Source: Diploschistes diacapsis
Taxonomy: Eukaryota
NCBI GenBank assembly: GCA_023645945.1
Contig: JALAIB010000049.1
Coordinates: 1 to 41,095, forward strand
DNA: 41,095 nucleotides
Reading direction: 5' to 3'
Shown: positions 36,852 through 41,095 of the stretch, piece after piece
Layout: every line of letters begins with the position of its first letter
How positions within the stretch are numbered: the first letter of the stretch is position 1
Notes under the pieces: generated by a model
The model's input: the letters and a program-made list of their open reading frames with translations, nothing else
Told to the model about the DNA's origin: nothing
Databases searched by the model: none
Program-made: the position numbers and the translations under genes

Positions 36852-38015
36852 TGACCGCGGAGTCTTGGGACTTGTTGCTCTTGCTCTTGGCACTCCTTAT
36901 GTTCAAACCGGCAGGATCAACAACGCTTTGATCGCTTCAACATACATTGCCTACTCTATCCGATCTTGCCATTGCAAGCTACGACTCAAGGGCGGAACGA
37001 AGGCGGAGGCACGCAGCAGCGTCATGACTAATTTATGAAGGTTCATTATGCTGCAAACCTGGATTGATATGCAAATGCTATCTGCAGCCTGCTTCTAAGG
37101 CAAGCATTTCAAGGCTATCAGCACGATCTCATAACACCCTGGAACACTCCACGAGAAGTTAACGCGACGTCCTCGTTTCGATGCTACAAGCAGGAATTTT
37201 GCTGTGTTTTTGAAGGAAAGTTTAGTGCCCCAATGAATCTGTTTGGGAACAGATGAGTTTGATCTCAACATATCTGCTTTCGCAGCTCGGGCCGTTACCG
37301 ACAGACACTTTGCTTAGCTTCGAAGTGGAGCGTGAGGAGGCAAAGCATAATGATGGTAGGCAGACATAAAGCGAATAAAACCAATTGTCAACGCGCTTGC
37401 GTAAGGTTTACCATTCTCTTACACCCCCTATTTGTGATCGATGAACAAACCCATAGGCTCCAAACGTTGCAGATTGTTAGAATCAATCTCATATAGGGAA
37501 GCCTGCATAGTAGGTGGCTCCACAGGCTAGTTGTTCATATTCAACCAGCACCCCTTTCAAGCTGTATCATTATCCTTATTTCGCATCGAATGTTGTGAAT
37601 TTCCAGAGCTCGTATGAGCGACAGATGGCAAAGGGTTGGGCAGGAAACATCATAGCTGATTTTGTCGAGAGCTGGGGCATTGAACTTGAATGAGACCTCA
37701 TAGTGGTGAGTGTCACCAGCAAGGACAGTCGCTTTGCTCCCAGTCTTTACACTAGCTCAAGACCTGCAACTCGTTCAATCAAACCTGAATTCTCCCAGTC
37801 GTGATGGGCAGAAATACAGATTTGGAGCTACCTGTTAAGTTGACGGAGGCGTGTTGAATGACTATACCCTTGAGGAAGGGGAAAAGACTTTCCAAATTAC
37901 TTTCTCCTGAAATCTTCTCAAGCTCTGCTCTACTTGTCACGATAGATGAATCTGGTAGCCAAGATATGCGACTACGGCGGTGGAAGAATTCAAACCAATC
38001 AGAGCCCGTAGATTC

Positions 38016-38033
38016 ACGCGAGCACCCTCGCGT
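38016..38033. promoter_or_regulatory. Inverted pair of MCB-like elements (ACGCGA...TCGCGT) upstream of the AME1-like gene
   Basis: ACGCGAG (38016-38022) and CTCGCGT (38027-38033) are exact reverse complements, ~100 bp before ATG 38136. Confidence 0.4.
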
Positions 38034-38135
38034 CTACCGAGTAACTTAAAGTCCCTCCAGAATCAATGCTGAAATAATATATCCCGTACTTCATCTTCCT
38101 CCGAAAATCAAGTGCTCAGAACAGTGTTCGAAGGC

Positions 38136-40579
38136 ATGGCGTCTTGTAAGTCATTTAAGGTCTCGTTTACCAACCAACACTGCTAACAACTACCAGCACG
38201 AGAGGAGCGCTTCATCATGCGTCAGCGCGGTGCTGGGTATGTCTCTGTTAGGCCTCTTTACGGTTGACATTAACAAGCTTTAGCACTCGAGACATCGCTG
38301 AGTTCTCGGGACTTGAGTTTGCGTTACCCGGCGCCCCCGCTTCCGCGAGAAGAACTCCTTCCAGCCGCAGAGCGACTCCGCGTTCGAACGCGCGAGCGTC
38401 TGCATCCGCGCAAAAATCGCCAACGCCAACGCCAGCGCGAGCGCCATCAGAACGAAGAACATCGGTTATAACAACCCCTCGGGAGGCTGCGTTGAATGAG
38501 AAAATCGGTGCCGCAAGTACCACTCAACGCGATTCCGACGGTTCTGCTACGAAGAAGAGGAGGCTTATAGGAGTGCTTATTACACCTCCTGCTCGGTTGG
38601 AATCGCTAGCAGAGGCTCCGGAAGATGGCGGCGAGCAAGATGCTATTCAAGATCTGAGCATTCAAGAAGGGATATATAAGAGCCCGTCAACTGTCAAGAA
38701 ACGAAAGAAGAGAACGTCGGTCTTACTTAAGTCCAGACGGAAATCTAGACCAAGCTTGGAATCCACTGCCTCTGAAGTAATCGAGAAGCCCATACCGAGC
38801 GAATCCCAGGGACTAGTGGTTGGCCACCAGACGGCTGAGGACGAAGCCGAGAGAGAGCGAAATGTGCGTTCCAATCCGGAAGAGGAAGGCGTTGCAGTAA
38901 CAAGACAACCAACCCCTCCAACTACCACAGAGCCAATAAAGGCAACGCCGCCAACAACGGGAAGAACATCGATCGTACCCAACTCGGGACGCAAATTAGG
39001 ACACGCTCTCACTTCGCGGACACCTAAGGCTGACTTAGCGCTGGACCGCAGTAGTATTGAGTCACATGCTCCTAATAACGCAGAGGAAGAGCAACAGGGC
39101 ATACCAGAGAATGCGGAAGACATACGAGAGGCTGAGGAGGTCCATGAAGGTGACAACGTCAAGCCAGCTGAAGCATCGGCTGCCGTTCCCACCAAGGCGG
39201 TCACTCCACAGGCTAAAAGGAGGAAGAAGCGGAAATCGATTGTTATGGGCCGGAAGAAGCGACGTAGCTCAGGGGCTACTGGCGTAACACCCAGACGGAC
39301 TGCTGATGGTATTGTGGCGGGAGAAGAGGTTGTGGTAAGGAAACGGGCAAATATCGAGACATCGCCTTCTGCGGTGAACGTAGGCCAAACTCAGAAGAAG
39401 CGCGGCGTTCCTAAACTTCCAAGTCTGTTGAAAAGCAAACGTCCGTTGGCCGTTAGCAAGGGCAATGCTACTATTCAACGCCAGAAGAGCGCTTTAGCTC
39501 GAAAGAAGGACACAACGATGCAGGACACCGCTCAAGGTGCGAATGGAAGAAGGCGAGCTCTGCCTTGGGAGCCAGAAGACGAGAATGAGGAAGACGAATC
39601 AGAAGAAGCAGAGTCTGAACAGGACGAAGAAGAAGAAGAAGAAGAGGAAGAGGAGAAAGAGTCGAGAACTCGGAAGGCAAAGAAGGGCCGCGGGCCTAGA
39701 GCAGGCGAGTCTGGAGCCAACGACCTCGAGAACGGAGAACAGGTGCCCCAAAAACGCCAAAAACGCCAGAAAGCCAACCCCAGCTCCTCCAAGCCAAAGC
39801 CCCGCTCGACCTCCTCCCAAACCCGACCAGAAGCGCAACGCGACTCCGGCGACAAAATCCACGTCACCGTCCAGCGCATCTCGCACGTCCACCGCCTGAA
39901 CTTCAACCCGGACTCGGACGACGACCTCGCCGGCCCGGGCGCCTTCCCCAAAAAGAAGTCCCCCAACGCCATCGACGTCCTCGCACAGATATGCCGCGAG
40001 ATCATCGGCAAGAGCATCGCGACGGTCAAGGAGGGCATCGGGGCCGAGGCGAGCACGGCGCGCAAGAGCGAGCTGAGGCGCAAGAAGGAGGCGTTTGAGC
40101 GGTACGGCGACGAGCTGGACGGGCGCCTGTTCCAGATGACGACCGCGCTGGACCACAATCACGCCCTGGCCGTCAAGCTGAAGCATGCGAACAAGGGCCA
40201 GGTCGCGCTGAGGGAGGAGCTGCTGGGGCTCAGGAGGCAGAGGCAGGAGATCGAACTGCAGATGGACGAGGTGCGGCGGAGGAACGAAGAGGAGGCGAGG
40301 GAGGCGGCCGAGGAGCAGAGACTGCGGGAGATGCTGCAGGACATCCAGGTTGCAGTGCAGAGGGGGAGGGCGGCCGAGGAGCAGGAGGGGAGTCAAGGCG
40401 AGGACGGTGAGGATGAAAGCAGGAACGGAAAGGGGGGGGATGCGGATGGAGGGCCGACGCTGGCGATGAGGCTACGGAGGTTGGGGGAGACGGTGAGTTC
40501 GGCAGACGGCAGGGTGGGGATGCTGGAGAAGGTGAGGGGTTTCAATCGGCTGTTGGAGGAGGCCATTGCCAAGCTCTAG
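38136..40579 (+). CDS. Inner kinetochore subunit Ame1/CENP-U-like protein
   Basis: Two short 5' exons give MASSREERFIMRQRGAG, resembling the Ame1 N-terminal motif, joined to the long ORF. Disordered basic/acidic middle. C-terminal IHVTVQRI...PNAIDVLAQICRE...ELDGRLFQM...coiled coil. Confidence 0.7.
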
Positions 40580-40759
40580 CATGCCGGGTTACGGGGCATG
40601 GGGCTCTTGTCTTGGATTATCACGTGTCAATACAAGCATGCTGCTTCCTGCCTCCCGGCGGCATGATTACCACTTTCCCCCTTCCACTTACTTCCCACCT
40701 GGCTCATATCTTCCTCCCCCTCCTTTCCCCTGCACTCCTGTACCAGCCCCCGACCCCTT

Positions 40760-41095
40760 GAATTCACGAAAGATACTTCTCGAACCACCCAGCCCGCTGC
40801 TCCTCCGCCTCATTCATCCATCGCCTGCCTTCCGATCCTCACCTCCGAGCTCCAGTCGCCCCCGCAGCGCAAACCCATGCACCTACCTGCCCCTCATAAG
40901 CCCTCAGCTCACTCATGCTCCACGTCCGTCTTGCGCGCGCGCGCGAAAAGCCTCCAGCACCGGCGCCCCTCATTCCCTCCGTCCACGAGAGTTGATCCCG
41001 CTCCCCCAGCGCTGCGCTCAGCGGCCTTGTCGAGGGTCGAGAGAGTCTCGCGCTTGGCGGGCGCGGGGGGTTCGAACCCCCGTCTGGCTGTAGGA
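40760..41095 (-). other. Possible 3' end of a minus-strand gene entering from beyond the window
   Basis: An open minus-strand frame from the window edge (LQPDGGSNPPRP...RRTWSMSELRAYEGQ), a CAG/GTAGGT donor, and the G-rich sense-strand composition seen at other 3' gene ends here. No recognisable domain. Confidence 0.3.

Noticed and set aside
36852..38000. 1.1-kb gap as a hidden gene or ncRNA
   Set aside because: Scattered splice-like motifs on the minus strand, but no sustained ORF or recognisable RNA family.
39585..39660. GAA/GAG-rich simple repeat
   Set aside because: It encodes the poly-Glu tract of the Ame1-like protein and is not a separate element.
40568..40579. The Ame1-like protein ends in AKL (PTS1-like)
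   Set aside because: It ends an amphipathic helix of an NLS-rich kinetochore-type protein and has no isoform switch, so it is probably coincidental.
41055..41095. tRNA-like T-arm (GGGGG TTCGAAC CCCCC) followed by ...CGCCA on the minus strand
   Set aside because: Truncated by the window edge, no anticodon arm evident, genomic CCA is atypical in eukaryotes, and it lies in an open, probably coding frame.

Overview
Intron-rich filamentous-ascomycete (Pezizomycotina) genomic DNA in two parts. The left part (~0.3-17.4 kb) is a decaying secondary-metabolite locus. It holds a heavily disrupted non-reducing PKS pseudogene (SAT-KS-AT-PT-ACP-TE, benzenediol-lactone type, with a curvularin/DAL-like PT signature), a 144-bp TA-flanked MITE, an intact SAM methyltransferase, a cytochrome P450 with two in-frame nonsense codons, an intact PTH11-like membrane protein and an intact DHA2-type MFS exporter. 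The right part (~18.8-40.6 kb) is housekeeping: a Net1/Dnt1-like protein, a Zn2Cys6 TF, a FAR-17a/AIG1 protein, glycerol-3-phosphate dehydrogenase, HIS1, an Aro3-type DAHP synthase, ACC deaminase, an uncharacterised mitochondrial-type membrane protein and Ame1/CENP-U. The most notable signals are the dead DAL-type PKS cluster with extra tailoring genes and a GPD gene that appears able to make mitochondrial, cytosolic and peroxisomal isoforms. Gene models were built by eye from splice signals and motif recall; no database searches were run.
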